A stretch of DNA of 64,000 bases from Malacoraja senta. Its lineage: Eukaryota. The position numbers and the translations under genes were made by a program. The DNA lies in assembly GCA_038087875.1 (NCBI GenBank), contig CM075986.1, positions 17,608,001 through 17,672,000 on the forward strand. The letters run 5' to 3'. How positions within the stretch are numbered: the first letter of the stretch is position 1; every line of letters starts with the position of its first letter. Positions 41,165 through 53,664 of this stretch are shown piece after piece. Under the pieces are notes generated by a model. That model saw only the letters and a program-made list of their open reading frames with translations, did not search any database and was not told the DNA's origin.

Positions 41165-41817
41165 TCCATAGACAACACAAGTGTTTGTACTTTTAATTAA
41201 TTAATCAAGTGAATTACATGAATTGAAAGAGGGATTCTGCTGATGTCCGCATCAAGAAATCTAAGCTCATCAACAGATCAGTGGAACAGTGTGAGAACTG
41301 ATTATATCTTCCTTTCTCCATCAGGTGCCTCCTCACCACTGAACACAATGAATACATCTCTCCAGTATCTTCCTGAACAAGGGTTCTGACCCGAAACTCA
41401 TATCAACATCCATATTCTCCAGGAATGCTGCCTGACTCGCTGCATTACTCCAGTATTTTGTGTCAATCTTTGGTATAAACCAGCATATGGAGTTTCTAGT
41501 TATTACATCTCTCTGAACTCAACCACTCTATGCAGGTTTAGGCGGTCCAGAGCAGAGCAGTTACCATACCAGGCTGAGATGCATCCCGTCTCTGTACTTT
41601 CTATAGTGCATCTGTAGTAGTCCATGCCAAATCTTCTCAGCTGACTAAAAAAGTAAATAAGCTGATGTGCTTTGTTGATCAGCGCAACACTTACCAGTTC
41701 CTCTCTAGCTGGTTAATGGTGGTCTCGCTAGATTTCTCCTCTGACTAGACAGTATGTGTCTAGTTTCTACCCAAAATCACAGCGGAATGTGGAATAAAAC
41801 CTGGATCCTGTCCTTAA

Positions 41818-42625
41818 GGTGGAGGCGCCGTCGAGTATGGCCACCCTGCCTGCAGCTGTTCGTCTTTTCACCCTGTTTTTTTATTTTTAGTGTGTTATAA
41901 GTTTTGTCTTGGAGGTCTTCTAGTCTTTTTATGTGGGGGGTGGGGGAGGGGGAAACATTTTTTCTCAGTCCCTACCTGGTCGGAGATGCGTCTTTCCTCC
42001 GAGCTGCATCTTCGCCCTCCTTGCGGCCTACCAGCTGGACTGGAGCGGCGTTTCCTGCCGGGACCGGCCAGAACTTCAGCTTCGGCGGCGGCGCAGCGCT
42101 GAAGCACCATCGCGGAGCGGGCGATGCCTTACCGAGGGTCGCCGTGTGGTAAGCTCCAGAGTGCTGAGACCGCCGACTCCAACAGCTCCAAGAGCGTCCA
42201 GCCGCGGGCGGCGCTGAGTTTAAACACCACGGAGCCTGGGATCTTTCGCCGAGATCGCCAGTGTTGGAGCTCCGACCAGCGCGGCCTGCGGACTACGGGA
42301 GCCGCGGTCTCAGGCCGCTGAGAGTGTTCTTCCGACGCCGGAGCTCCATCATCCGGCGAGAGGGTCTGAAACATTGGGCCGCCGTCGCGGCGACGGCGGA
42401 GGCCTCAAATAGGCCCCGACCATGGGTGAACATAGAGGAAGAAGACTGGACTTTGCTGCCTTCCCTTATTGTGGGAACCATTGTGGGGGGATGTTTTTAT
42501 GTTTAATGTTAAATTCTCTAATGTTGTGTTTTATTTTTATTGGTGTGCTGCAATGGCAACTCAAATTTCACTACACCAATTGATGTATGTGACAATAAAT
42601 GTCCTTTGTCCTTTATCCTTTGTCC
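41818..42625 (+). mobile_element. GC-rich LINE-derived non-autonomous element with Rex1-type tail
   Basis: Body homologous to the 13503 element; tail AATTTCACT..GTGACAATAAA(TGTCCTT)n. Confidence 0.75.
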
Positions 42626-42706
42626 GAAGGTGCTGACTATTCCTCCAAAACACCCCAGATTGTCTTAATAGTGCAATTTTTAATCCTGCTGGTATTCTTT
42701 TGATAA

Positions 42707-44028
42707 TCTGTCTATTTCTAAAACTCTTATCTTGTTGGGATGTCTGTCTGTCTGCGTGCGTGCGTGTGAGATCCTGAAATTACGCCAAAATGGTACATGA
42801 TAGCGCTAAAATATTTTGCACCACCATACTCACAATTGTCTTGTGGTCTGTTTTCAACAAGTTTTGTTCAGATTGATGTTATATTTCACAAGTTATTAAA
42901 ATTTTTAGCTCTACAAAATCCCACTTTGGAATCCAATAACTTTGTGCTGTGCCAGTTGCTGGCAGTGAAAACTATGTCCTCTGTTTCTCAATTCCCCTAC
43001 TCTGGGCAAGAGACTCTGTGCGTCTACACGATCTATTCCTCTCATGATTTTGTACACCATGCTATAGGAAAGATGGTGTCAAGCTGGAATGGCACAGAGA
43101 AGATTACAGCTATGACGTCACAAAGGGATCTCATTTGCAACAATGTTGCAATCATAGAACACTTAAAGGGCCTGTCCCACGGGCATGCGACTCCATGCGG
43201 CAAGCACGACCTAACCGCAAGCGGGGGCCGCGCGGAGGTCGAGTGATCCCCGCACAGGTCCAGTCCCACCAGCATGCGGCTGCATGCGGCAAGTGCTACC
43301 AAACTGGAAGCGGGGGCCGCGCGGAAGTCGAGTGCCGTCAAGACGGTGCGTACGGCGGCGAGGCGGTGCGCACGGCCTCGATGCGGCTGCGTCCGGCGTC
43401 GAGGCGGTGCGCACGGCCGTCGATGCGGCTGCGTCCGGCGTCGAGGCGGTGCGCACGGCCATCGATGCGGCGCCCATGGCCTCGATGCGGCTGCGGGGCG
43501 GCAGGCCGTTGCCGCACGGAATTTTTGAACAGTGTCAGTTTTTCGGAGCCCCGCGCGATGTCGGGACCAGCTCCGCACAACTCCATGCGGCTCCCGCGAT
43601 CGAAGTGGGACCGGCCCCGCGACCTCCGCGCGGCACCCGCACGGCTCCCGTTTGCGGTTAGGTCGCGCTTGCCGCATGGAGTCGCATGCCCGTGGGACAG
43701 GCCCTTTAGTCCTGGCAGAGTGAGGCTGAAAAGGAGGGGGAGGGGGCAGTGTTAGGCTGAACAGGTGGGGGAGGGAGTGCTGGGGGAGGCAGGGGAAGTG
43801 GAAGTGGATTTTTTTTTAAAGTCCAAGCAGCAAGTGCTTGCATTTTTGTTCTAAGTTTAACAAGAGGGAAGATGAGGGGCTATGGGTGAGTGGTGGAATA
43901 TTGCGTTGGGGGAGCGGGTTGTGTTGGGGGAACGGGTGAGTGGTGGAATATTGCGTTGGGGGAACGGGTTGCGTTGGGGGACCAGACCTCTCGTGTGACA
44001 GGGACCCAACAGGTCCCACTTGGTCTAG
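42707..44028 (+). mobile_element. Non-autonomous Helitron containing a CR1 fragment and a nested Harbinger MITE
   Basis: A|TC start; 3' hairpin GGGACCCAACAGGTCCC then CTAG|T; no TSD. Confidence 0.65.
43167..43705. mobile_element. PIF/Harbinger-like MITE with long TIRs and internal 33-bp tandem repeats
   Basis: AGGGCCTGTCCCACGGGCATGCGACTCCATGCGG and its inverse; TAA/TTA flanks. Confidence 0.8.
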
Positions 44029-44749
44029 TGTTCTTTAAATTTGTTGAATATCCTTCTTAGAGGGGCTGCATCTGGAAGATAAATGGCAGTGAAATGCTGA
44101 TGTGCATGCACAGTGCACAGCGTCGACGGCTGATTTAAAGGCGAACTGATCTGCAACTTGATAGTTGGATGAAGGATGATTCTTAATGAAGGACGTGTAC
44201 AGTTTAGTGAGCCACTGCTCACAAAGCTACATAGACAATATGGCCCGATGAGGTGATGAAGAATTACAGGCTCTGTGACATTTGTTGTCCAACAAATAAT
44301 CATCCAGTAAATTGTTCAAATTCTATCCGTATTTACACAAAATAAAAATTGAGTCAGCTTGGATTTTTGTTAATTAAATTTTTGAATTGCAAGTTAATCT
44401 CTCTTTACCTGTTCATCACTCCCCTTTGGTTCTGTTTCCCATCATCTTACATCAAGGGATAAGTTACAGTAGACAATGACTTATTGTTGGTGCAAACCAC
44501 AGCACTCAGAGAAAACCCACACAGGCAGGTGGAGAACATGCAAACTCCACGCAGAGAACACCTGAGGTCACGATTAACTTTGTGCTGCTGGAAGCAGCTC
44601 ACCAGCATTTATTGTCTCCTGGCAGACTGTACAGCAGTGGTTTTCTGGATCATCCTTCTACTGCTTCCATCTATCCAAGGTCAGGATTGGACACATTCAC
44701 TGATGTTTGCTCAATGTCAAATCCACCAGTTACTCCTCAGATATTGAAT

Positions 44750-44982
44750 AATGACACAAGATTGCTGGAGTAACTCATCGAGTCAGGCATCATCTCTGGA
44801 GAACATGGATAGGTGACATTTTGGGTCGTGACCCTTCATTAAAGCGGGTCTGAAGAAGGGCCCTGACCCGAAAACATCACCTATCCATGTTCCCCAGAGA
44901 TGCTGCCTAACCCACTGAATTGCTCCAGCACTTTGTGTCGTTTTTTTGTTAAACAATCAACTGCAGTTCCTTGTTTCTACAT
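44750..44982. mobile_element. Palindromic Penelope pLTR-derived element
   Basis: Inverted arms around a degenerate hammerhead core at about 44850-44880. Confidence 0.7.
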
Positions 44983-45289
44983 GTTACTCAGATAATTATG
45001 CAGTCTCAGCTCATGTGTAGCAAGATGTCCTCACTGAAAAGCAGATGTGTATTAGGTCGTGACCATGCCCAACAAGTGGCTGAAATAACCATTTACAATA
45101 GGAAAAGTCTGACCACAATAGCATAGAATAAATCCCACTTGATATCTTCTTTGTGAAGAGTTGTAAATTCTAATAAGTGATGGAAAGCTTGACTAAGAAA
45201 TTAAAGGTTTAGACATTTGTGTAGCAAATGCAAAATTGTACATGTGCTGGTGTTTCTGTTAACCACAATAAGGACCTTTGATTGTGTAA

Positions 45290-45620
45290 TTTCCTGAGGA
45301 GATGTCGCAAACCTAAGGTCTGGATTTAGTGCAGTGTAACGAACCGGATTTGATTAGGGAGCTTAAGGTAAAGCAAACGCAAGGAGATAGTGACCATAAT
45401 GTGATAAAATTCAACCTGCAATTTGAGAGGGAGAAGATGAAATCAGAAGTGTTGGTATTACTGTTGAATAAAGATAACGACAGAGGCATGAGGGAGGAGC
45501 TGACTAAAGTTGATTGAAAAGGGACCCTAGCAGGAATGACGTTGGAGCAGCAATGGTTAAGGGACAAATAGCATCGCTCCACTGCAATGGATCAGATAAG
45601 TGGATAGCTTCCTTCCACAG
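45290..45620 (+). mobile_element. CR1 ORF2 fragment (end of the APE domain)
   Basis: GDSDHNVIKFNL motif. Confidence 0.7.
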
Positions 45621-48600
45621 GATATAGAATATCTATAAGATAGAAATCTGGAAAAAAAGCCATCAACTTTAAGAAAAGCTGTGGTAAATATTACCATGGT
45701 ATCTCTTTCAACAAGATGTGTTGATAGTTTTACTCTATGTACCTCAGTGCAAAGAAATAACAACAATCGACAAGCGACGCATTCATGTCTATGAGACTGA
45801 TTTTTATTATGAATTGTTAAGCAAAATGGAAGTACAGTATATAGTTGGCAAATATGTAAAGTCTGCTGCATATTGTTTCCCCATAATTGCTATTATTGTA
45901 CTGACAAAGAGTAAGCTAAGTATCAATTCTGTTGTATTAATCTTAAAAATACAGATATTAGATAAGTCAATTACCTACCATGCTGCTAGCCAGAGTACAG
46001 TCATACATTTAACCAAATCATCAAATTGAAGTCAACACTCTATAGAAACATACATTTGAAGAAAATTGCAGTTCCGTTAAACAAATACAGTCTTAAAAAA
46101 AGGAAGTTGTGTATTACAGTGTGCTTTCAAAGCTTAAGGAAGAATGACTTTTAACCTTGGGATTGGCAGTAAAATGGGCAAGACTCATATAACTGAAACA
46201 GACAATATATTTGAGGCAAAGCAAATTTTGTAAGCTTCTCCACAATGAAGAGATTGGTGCAAATACTGAAAAGCAGGTGTGTGTGGCTGATTTACTGAGA
46301 TGAAACGTGCCAACTGGTCTTAAAGCCTGTTACCTCTTCCTAAAAAATAATAACTGTGCACTGTCACCAACTATCAATATGCTGTTAGATTTCAGACTTG
46401 TAATGTCCACTTTTTAAGGTATGGTACTTGGAAACATTTATCCTCATTTCAAAAGGTATCAGGCCACATTATTTTAACTGCAGATTTCCAATTGACAAGA
46501 AAAAAACAGTGGATGTGCCTATTTATGGAATCCAAGCTAACTACAGTAGTAGAAGCATTTGACACATTTGTATGAAATGCCATTTTTTCTAATTGAGCAG
46601 CCAATGACCTATTTATTTCAAATAAATATTCATTATAATTGCAGACAATCATTTTTCATACAAATCTTAAGAACATTCTGATACCACAATATATAATTAT
46701 ATGGTCATTAACTAATGGAAAGTTGAATCACTAATTTGTATTTTGGCTTTTCCATTGGTTTGCAAAATATTACTTATCAATCTCCCCTGATATTACTTAT
46801 CAGCAATTAATACTAAAGAGAAATAATAGGCAGAGGATATTTGGATGAGAGCGTACAGACAGAGCCAATTTGAAGGTTACACATTTTGCCTTTGCTTTGC
46901 ATTTTCATTGACAGCGGACAGTGGGAAGATGAATTTGTTTTGGTCTAATGAGCCAGGTCTTGCCAGTTATGGCTCCATAGCACCTCTGCTGGCAGGAAAA
47001 CGTAATTTCAGATTTACAGCTGCTACTTGATTCATAGTGGCACATCTGGTGACGACATGACGGATATAATCATTTTAATATACTCTTTATAAATGCAAAA
47101 AAGCTTTGTATATTATTGCATAGATATTTTTAAAAAACTAAAGCGTTGGACTGGTTTCTCAGTAAAATTATATAATGATGAAAAATGTATAAATTCCTTG
47201 ATGAGATGCAAAATCTCCTTTCCCCAAAGTACAAGACGTTAATTCCACATCTCATCAACTATCTTCAATTACGTGTAAGCAGCTGCTACAGCAGGTTGAT
47301 GCGGTATGTATATAAATTCTTAAAATGAATTTTAATTATTATACAATAGTGATGCAGCAGTATTGCTGGTATCATGCAACACACTACAGCTCTGCCTGTT
47401 AATATAATTACTGCGTGTAAAAGCAAATTACTGAAAACTGGAACGGTAAAATGCATCCAGTAATTGATTTATCGAGCTATGCCATGAATGCAAAAGATAT
47501 TTCATTTAATGTAGACAATAGTATTGACGTCATACAAGGTCTCCTTTTTCACCCGTTGGCAAGAGCAATATTTCTTTCCACTTTTATCCTGTTCCATTGC
47601 CATAGCAATACATAGCACATTAATGTCCTGAATCATTCCCTATTCTCTGGCCTTCATCTCACATCCTGACTGTTCCATGTTTAACTCTCCTGAATGGGAG
47701 GACAAGGCTTAATTTTGTCTCTCCCCAGACTGTGTTGCAGTACGCAAACTTTAATCCATATTTTCAACTGTCATCATTAGCTAATGTCATTAGAACTCAT
47801 CCCTGAAAGCTATTTAATTAGATCATATTTTATGTTGCTGCTGATGTTAGTGCAGCAGGAAAAAAAAGGAAGATTTCATTTTGTTCTTGGATTGTCAATA
47901 AAATCATTGATAAATCAACACAGCATATCATTCTGCCGTGGGGAAATAAAATCAATAACATGAAATTAATAACCTGTGATAAAAAAGGCTGATGACCTGA
48001 ATAAATCTTTATAATAATCAACGATACACTACCTTTAAAACCTTTCATTATATACAAGTGTCTCTAATACAGAAATTAATTGCTCCAACACTATATATCC
48101 ACTTGATTGAAACATCCATCTCAGTTTGGAAAGAATTTATTAAAATTGCTCACCTACTTATTTCAGAACACCTTTCACATTGGGCCGAGTGTCTGCTGGG
48201 TTTTGCCAGGAGCTACACATAGAACTATTGGCATTCCCCAACAAACGGACTGGCTGGTTTTGGGAATCCCATGTGAATGCAGAAGTCTGAATTCAGACTT
48301 ACAACTGATGTAGGATCCACAAGCTGTATAACTATGGGAAACACAGATACGTTACATTGTTTAAAAATTATTTGGTTGAGCAATAGGTTGATTGATTTCA
48401 TTATTCAAAACTATTTGTAGGTCATTTTAGTTGACGCCTTTACTACATTTTAATGTCTTTTTTAAAAATCCCATAGTTTTTCAAAGTGTTTGAAGTTCAG
48501 ACACTGAAAAACCTCAACAGTGTTGACAGCAACCAGAGACTGCGTGGCTGTTTCCAACTGACAAAGTGTGGGTATTGCTATATTCTGGCACCCCCACGTG

Positions 48601-48987
48601 ATTTAACTCAAGGGAAGTCATGGTAGATGCAGGCTGTGGATCCCACTGAGGAAAATCCACCTCATTACTTAATGCTCTCATTGTGTAACTTATAGGGTCA
48701 CAGAGACATTTTTAAAAAGGCTGTTCCCCAAAACTGACTTAATTGGGAACTGAAAGTCTGCTGAGTATTCCAGTGAAGAGATGACAAACAGGTTTGCTTT
48801 ACCTCACCAATGCAAGGTTTACTGGCAATGGTCTTCGAATAACTGAGATGAGAGGGTTATAAAGTTGCGCAACACAAATTTCCTAACGCATTTGTACTTT
48901 ACGGTCTACTATTCCGAAAACATTTTGCTCTATTCTTTCTATTTGCCTCAGCCAACGAGCAAGAACCACGTGACATCAATACAGTCA

Positions 48988-49713
48988 TTACTCAATTCTC
49001 CTTTTCTGAAGCAGGAGTTCGGTCTCAATATCCGCGTCATCCTCCAGTGATTCCTCGTGGATTTCTTCAATAAGGAGATCAGTGTTGTCTTCATCTTCTA
49101 CAATGTGTTCCTCTCCCTGGCCTTCCATCATCTCCACTTCCTGCACCACCACATCCCCGTCTCTCATCTTTTTAACCCAGAAGGTAAACGGTGGGATCCT
49201 GTAGACGGTCGTCCGACACCTTGCTGTCTTTTGATGATTTGGTGAGAAGGACTTCCTCAGCTTTGATCTGGAGTCTTTCATCTTCTCCTTCCGTTCCTGT
49301 GTTACTATCTTGTTGCCGAGCTTATTCATTTTTTTTTCAAGTGTGTGCCTTGTCTTTTCCAGATTTTCTTTTGTCGCTACCCTGGTCTTCTCCACACTCT
49401 CCCTTGTTCTCAGCCGGGTCTTCTGCAGATTATCCCTTGTCCTTTGCTTAGCCTTTTCCATTGATTCCTTGGAGAATGCTTTCTTGAAATCTTCCATTCG
49501 CTTCATGCTAGTCTTCTTGACACGGACGGCTGTTGTTTCCTCTTCAATTACTTCAAGTTCAACGTCTTCATCAGAGGAGAGTGAGATGTTATCACCTTCA
49601 GGCGTCTCCTCATTGGTCACAAGCTCTTTTCCGGCTTCACTTTCTTCGGGTGCCTTCAGGCTTTCTTTCACAGACTTCCCGAGGCTCAATTTCACCGGCA
49701 TTGGTGTTTCATC
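48988..49713 (-). CDS. CAVIN1: CAVIN1 (PTRF) last coding exon, DETPMPVKLSLGKS...LLLQKRRIE*
   Basis: LSSDE acidic block, DFKKAFSKE, ENLEKTRHTLEK undecads, LRKSFSP and VYRIPPFTF motifs. TTTTCCAG acceptor at 49714-49715. Adjacent to STAT3 as in mammals. Confidence 0.95.
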   Translation of the reverse strand, partial: DETPMPVKLSLGKSVKESLKAPEESEAGKELVTNEETPEGDNISLSSDEDVELEVIEEETTAVRVKKTSMKRMEDFKKAFSKESMEKAKQRTRDNLQKTRLRTRESVEKTRVATKENLEKTRHTLEKKMNKLGNKIVTQERKEKMKDSRSKLRKSFSPNHQKTARCRTTVYRIPPFTFWVKKMRDGDVVVQEVEMMEGQGEEHIVEDEDNTDLLIEEIHEESLEDDADIETELLLQKRRIE

Positions 49714-52700
49714 CTGGAAAATACAAAAGCACTATTACAGCCAGGGTTTGACTCTTTGACAAAATCATTATTAACATGTTCAAACATTATGTTTGATCAT
49801 ATATTATTCAAATTAGCTCACTACTTTTCACTGGAAGGAGTATCCTACCACCCAAGAACTAATGTTCCAATAAATTTGGCCGATATTATCTTGTGTTCTA
49901 CCGCTCCAGCATGGAGACTATTTTTTTTCCACCGTGTTGAAGACAATGAGAAAGGGCTGAAAGTATATGTGCCCATTTTCTTTATAGATTTAGAAAAGCC
50001 ATTTATCCCATGGCAGTTGTGTGTGAATGAAGAATTCAGATCAAAATCCATTTCCAGATTTTCCCAACAAAGCTTTCGGATGGTATCAAAGTCACCTCAA
50101 CAATTTTAACATCACAGACAAGGGATCGGTATTCTGCCAGTGTTGTACACTCTCTCCAATTTGTTGGCTTGTCCCAGCCATGCAAAGGGATGTACGACTA
50201 TCATGGTGAAGTATCTGCTCAACCCTGTATTGGAGTTGAACCCCCTCAGAAATGTAGGGCCATAGTGTTCCACCACTATCAGAGAGCTGGAATGCTGAGA
50301 CTCAATGGGCATACCTTTGATAAATATAGGGACACACAGAGTTGTGGATGGCTTTGCTTGAGCACACGCCTCTCTACTTAAACTGGGAAATAACACTAGA
50401 GTAAATATCGTTCTAGGAGGACCTTAAAATTCCCATGACATCACGAGCCTTGATAAGGAAGCAAAACAGAAAGTGTTGGAGGAACTCAATTGGTCAAACA
50501 GCATCTGCGGAGGGTATGGATCAGCAATGTTTTGGGTCGGGGACATTCTTCAGATTGGTGTTGCCTGACCAACTGAGTTACTCCAGCACTTTGTGTTGTA
50601 CTCAAGATTCTAGCATCTGCAGAAACTTGTATTTCATGGTAAGGAAGGAACCAATCAAAAATATTTATCTCTGTATGATTTAACTTTCAATACTTCAACA
50701 TTCATAAAACGGCTTGACGGCCAATGGCACATCTGGTTTGCATCATTAGCACCCAACATATACATATCAAAGCTCCGACCATTGAGTTTCAGTGTTCCAG
50801 CTCTCTGACAGTGGTGTAAATATTGGAACATATTAGACAATAGACAATGGGTGCAGGAGTAGGCCATTTGGCCCTCTGAGCCAGCACCGCCATTCAATGT
50901 GATCATGGCTGATCATCCACAATCAGTACCCCGTTCCTGCCTTCTCCCCATATCCCTGGACTCCGCTACCTTTAAGAGCTCTATCTAACTATTGAATGGG
51001 ATATGGAAGACGTGCCTCATCATTGAAGAGAGAAGGCATCATGGGCATGATGATTTGTGGAGAAGATCAAGTCAATGGGCTATACGTGGCAAATTCCCGC
51101 CCTGAATTTGCATTGCATAGGGCAGTGAACCAATATACAAAAACAGACCATTAACCCTGACACATGACTTCAAATTTCCCCTTTCCTGCTATCGCTTGCC
51201 CAGAGCCGAGGAACAATCGTGGCATAGGAGGACATTCAATTGATCGGATTTGCGCCAGATCCAAGTAAAACCATCTTGTTGGTCTATGGTCCTGTGCTTC
51301 CCCCACAGTGCTGCGAGGTCTCTTCTCTCAACGTCCTGTCCTGTTGCCTCCAGATGGCACCGTTTAATCTGGTTTCCACCATCATACAGTTACTGAATGT
51401 CACTTCAGAAATACTCTTGGTGTAAGTTTCTTCCCTCAAGATTTAAACCCGTTTCCTGTCCTTCAACACTTGCAGTTGGGATCAGTTTCCCTCTATTTAT
51501 ACTATCTCAATCAGTCATGGCCTTTCACAGGTGAAAACATATGAGCCAACTAGTGATCCATTGTACCTTTCAGCACCAGTGTCATACAGCTGCCTAATGT
51601 GTACCTAGTCAAAGAGTCATAGAGTGATACAGCATGGAAACAGGCCCTTTGGCCCAACGCCCACACCGGCCAACATGTCCCAATTAGACTAGTCCCACTT
51701 GTCCACATTTGGCCCATATCCCTCCAAACCTGTCCTATCCATCTACCTGTTTCTTAAACGTTGGGATAGTTCCTGCCTCAACTACCTCTTCTGGCAGCTT
51801 GTTCCATACCCCCACCACCTTTTGCATGAAAAAGTTACCCCACAGATTCCTATTAAATCTTTTCCCCTTCACCTTAAACCCATGTCCTCTTATCCTCGAT
51901 TCACTTACTCTGGGCAAGGGACTCTGTGCATCTACCCAATCTAGTGATCACGAACCAAAGGCAGCAGGAAAATAAATCACAATATAACCCAGGATACAGA
52001 GCATGCAGGAATTGTCAGACAAAGATTTCTTGATGTGTAGGAAGGAACTGCAGATGCTGGTTTCTGGTAGACACAAAACACTGGAGTAACTCAACGGGTC
52101 AGGCAGCATCTCTGGAAAAAAGGAATAGGTGACTTTCCGGGTCGAGATCCTTCTTCAAACCTATTTCTTGTTGCTTGTAGCACGAGAAACAGATATTTGG
52201 GATGGGAAGCAGAATTCACGAAGAGATGGGGGCAGCAGCCTGGCTCTGCAGTTGAAGCCTCACCGCAGACTCAGGAGGTGTGAGCTGCAGAAATCCAAGC
52301 GGACATTCCAATGCAACATTCCAGTGCAGTGTCACGGAAGGGGTCAGTTTTCAGCTGACGCATTAACAAGGAGCTGTTTGTCCCTCAGGCAGTGCCAGCA
52401 CTCGGAGAACGCCAGAGTTCTCAAACCAGGAGGGTCATTCCTCAAATATCCAACACACCAACATCTGGTCATTCATCTCAGTGGTGTTTTTATTCTTATT
52501 CATATTTTATGTTTACTCTCAACATAGAAGGAGGCTGTTTGGCCCATCAAGTCTATGACAGCTCAGGGCAATTCTATAACCCACCTCCGACTCATTTCCT
52601 GGCAAATTCCTCAGTCTCACCTTAAATCGTGTCATCTGATTCTCCCACTAACGGTCAACATCAGGGGTGACTTACCGAGGCCCATTAACTTGCCATCTTT

Positions 52701-53610
52701 GAGAAACCCCACAGGGAAAACTGCACAGACGGAACTGGAGGTCAGGACTGATCCAAGTGTGCTGAAGCTGTGAGGCAGCAGCATTACTGTGTCGGCCTAA
52801 AAGACAGCCATTCCATTGAGCCAAAGTGATCGAAGGGGCCCTTTGTATATATAGCTTTTTATTTTCTCTTGCTTTTGAAGAAATATTACAATTCGAAACA
52901 CTAACTTTTCTTTTTTCCACAGATGCTGTTTGTCCTGCTGAGAATATTCAACATTTACTGTCTTCTGGCATCTGCAGTTTTGGGCTTTCTGATTGCTACA
53001 CCAGATATATTTCCTAAGATGTGAAGTGGTTTGTTGCATCCTTGGGTCTGTATACATCATGTTGAAGTGAGTATCTGCAAATGTATGTGAAGGAGTGAGT
53101 TCATGGTGGGCAATGGACATTCTCTTTGCTGACTCTCTGCAGAGAAGTTTAGCTTAGAGGCCAAAGGAACTTACTCTGGTCAGGCCATTTCCTTTGCAAA
53201 TGGAGTGAGGTGTCTTCAACTGGGGTCTGGGTCTGGGAGGTAGTGGGGGAGAGGGGCGGGATGGGAGGCGGTGATGGAGAGGGAAATGTCAAAGGAAGGA
53301 AAATGGGATTGCTCATTGCGGAGTCATTTGACCGGGATTGGTGGGTTATTGGATCTGTACATAGAGGTGACTGGTAATCAAGGGGTTGGACCGGTAGTCA
53401 ATGAAGGTGCTGGTCATCAGCAAGTGAAGTGACGGATGGAAGCGTTCAGTAGTCTTGCAGATCGAGCAAGCAGTATGTGGTTGGTAGGTGGGATCTGTTT
53501 GGGTTTATTATTATCACGTGTACCTTCTTCTTCTCGCGTACGGCGTGCACAGCCTAAAGTTGTAGGACAACTTGTTCTGTTTGATCATATTTGATTGTGC
53601 AGGCCAGGTT

Positions 53611-53664
53611 GATTGCATTGGTTGAAACAGGGCGGTCCACGTGAAGGTTGAAATCTCCCACCCC
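53611..53664 (-). ncRNA. Putative minimal HDV/CPEB3-like self-cleaving ribozyme
   Basis: GGGGUGG-GA-GAUUUCA-ACC-UUCACGU-GGA-CCGCCCU-GU-UUCAA-CCAA-UGCAAUC maps onto P1, P2, P3, L3, J1/4 and J4/2 of the HDV fold. Confidence 0.7.

Noticed and set aside
47525-47532. Perfect CRE TGACGTCA (another at about 43113)
   Set aside because: Isolated 8-mers are expected by chance in 64 kb; one is inside a Helitron and neither has supporting context.
48988-49701. 237-aa ORF as a standalone single-exon gene
   Set aside because: Homology to CAVIN1 exon 2 starts at the splice acceptor at 49713, so the Met is internal.
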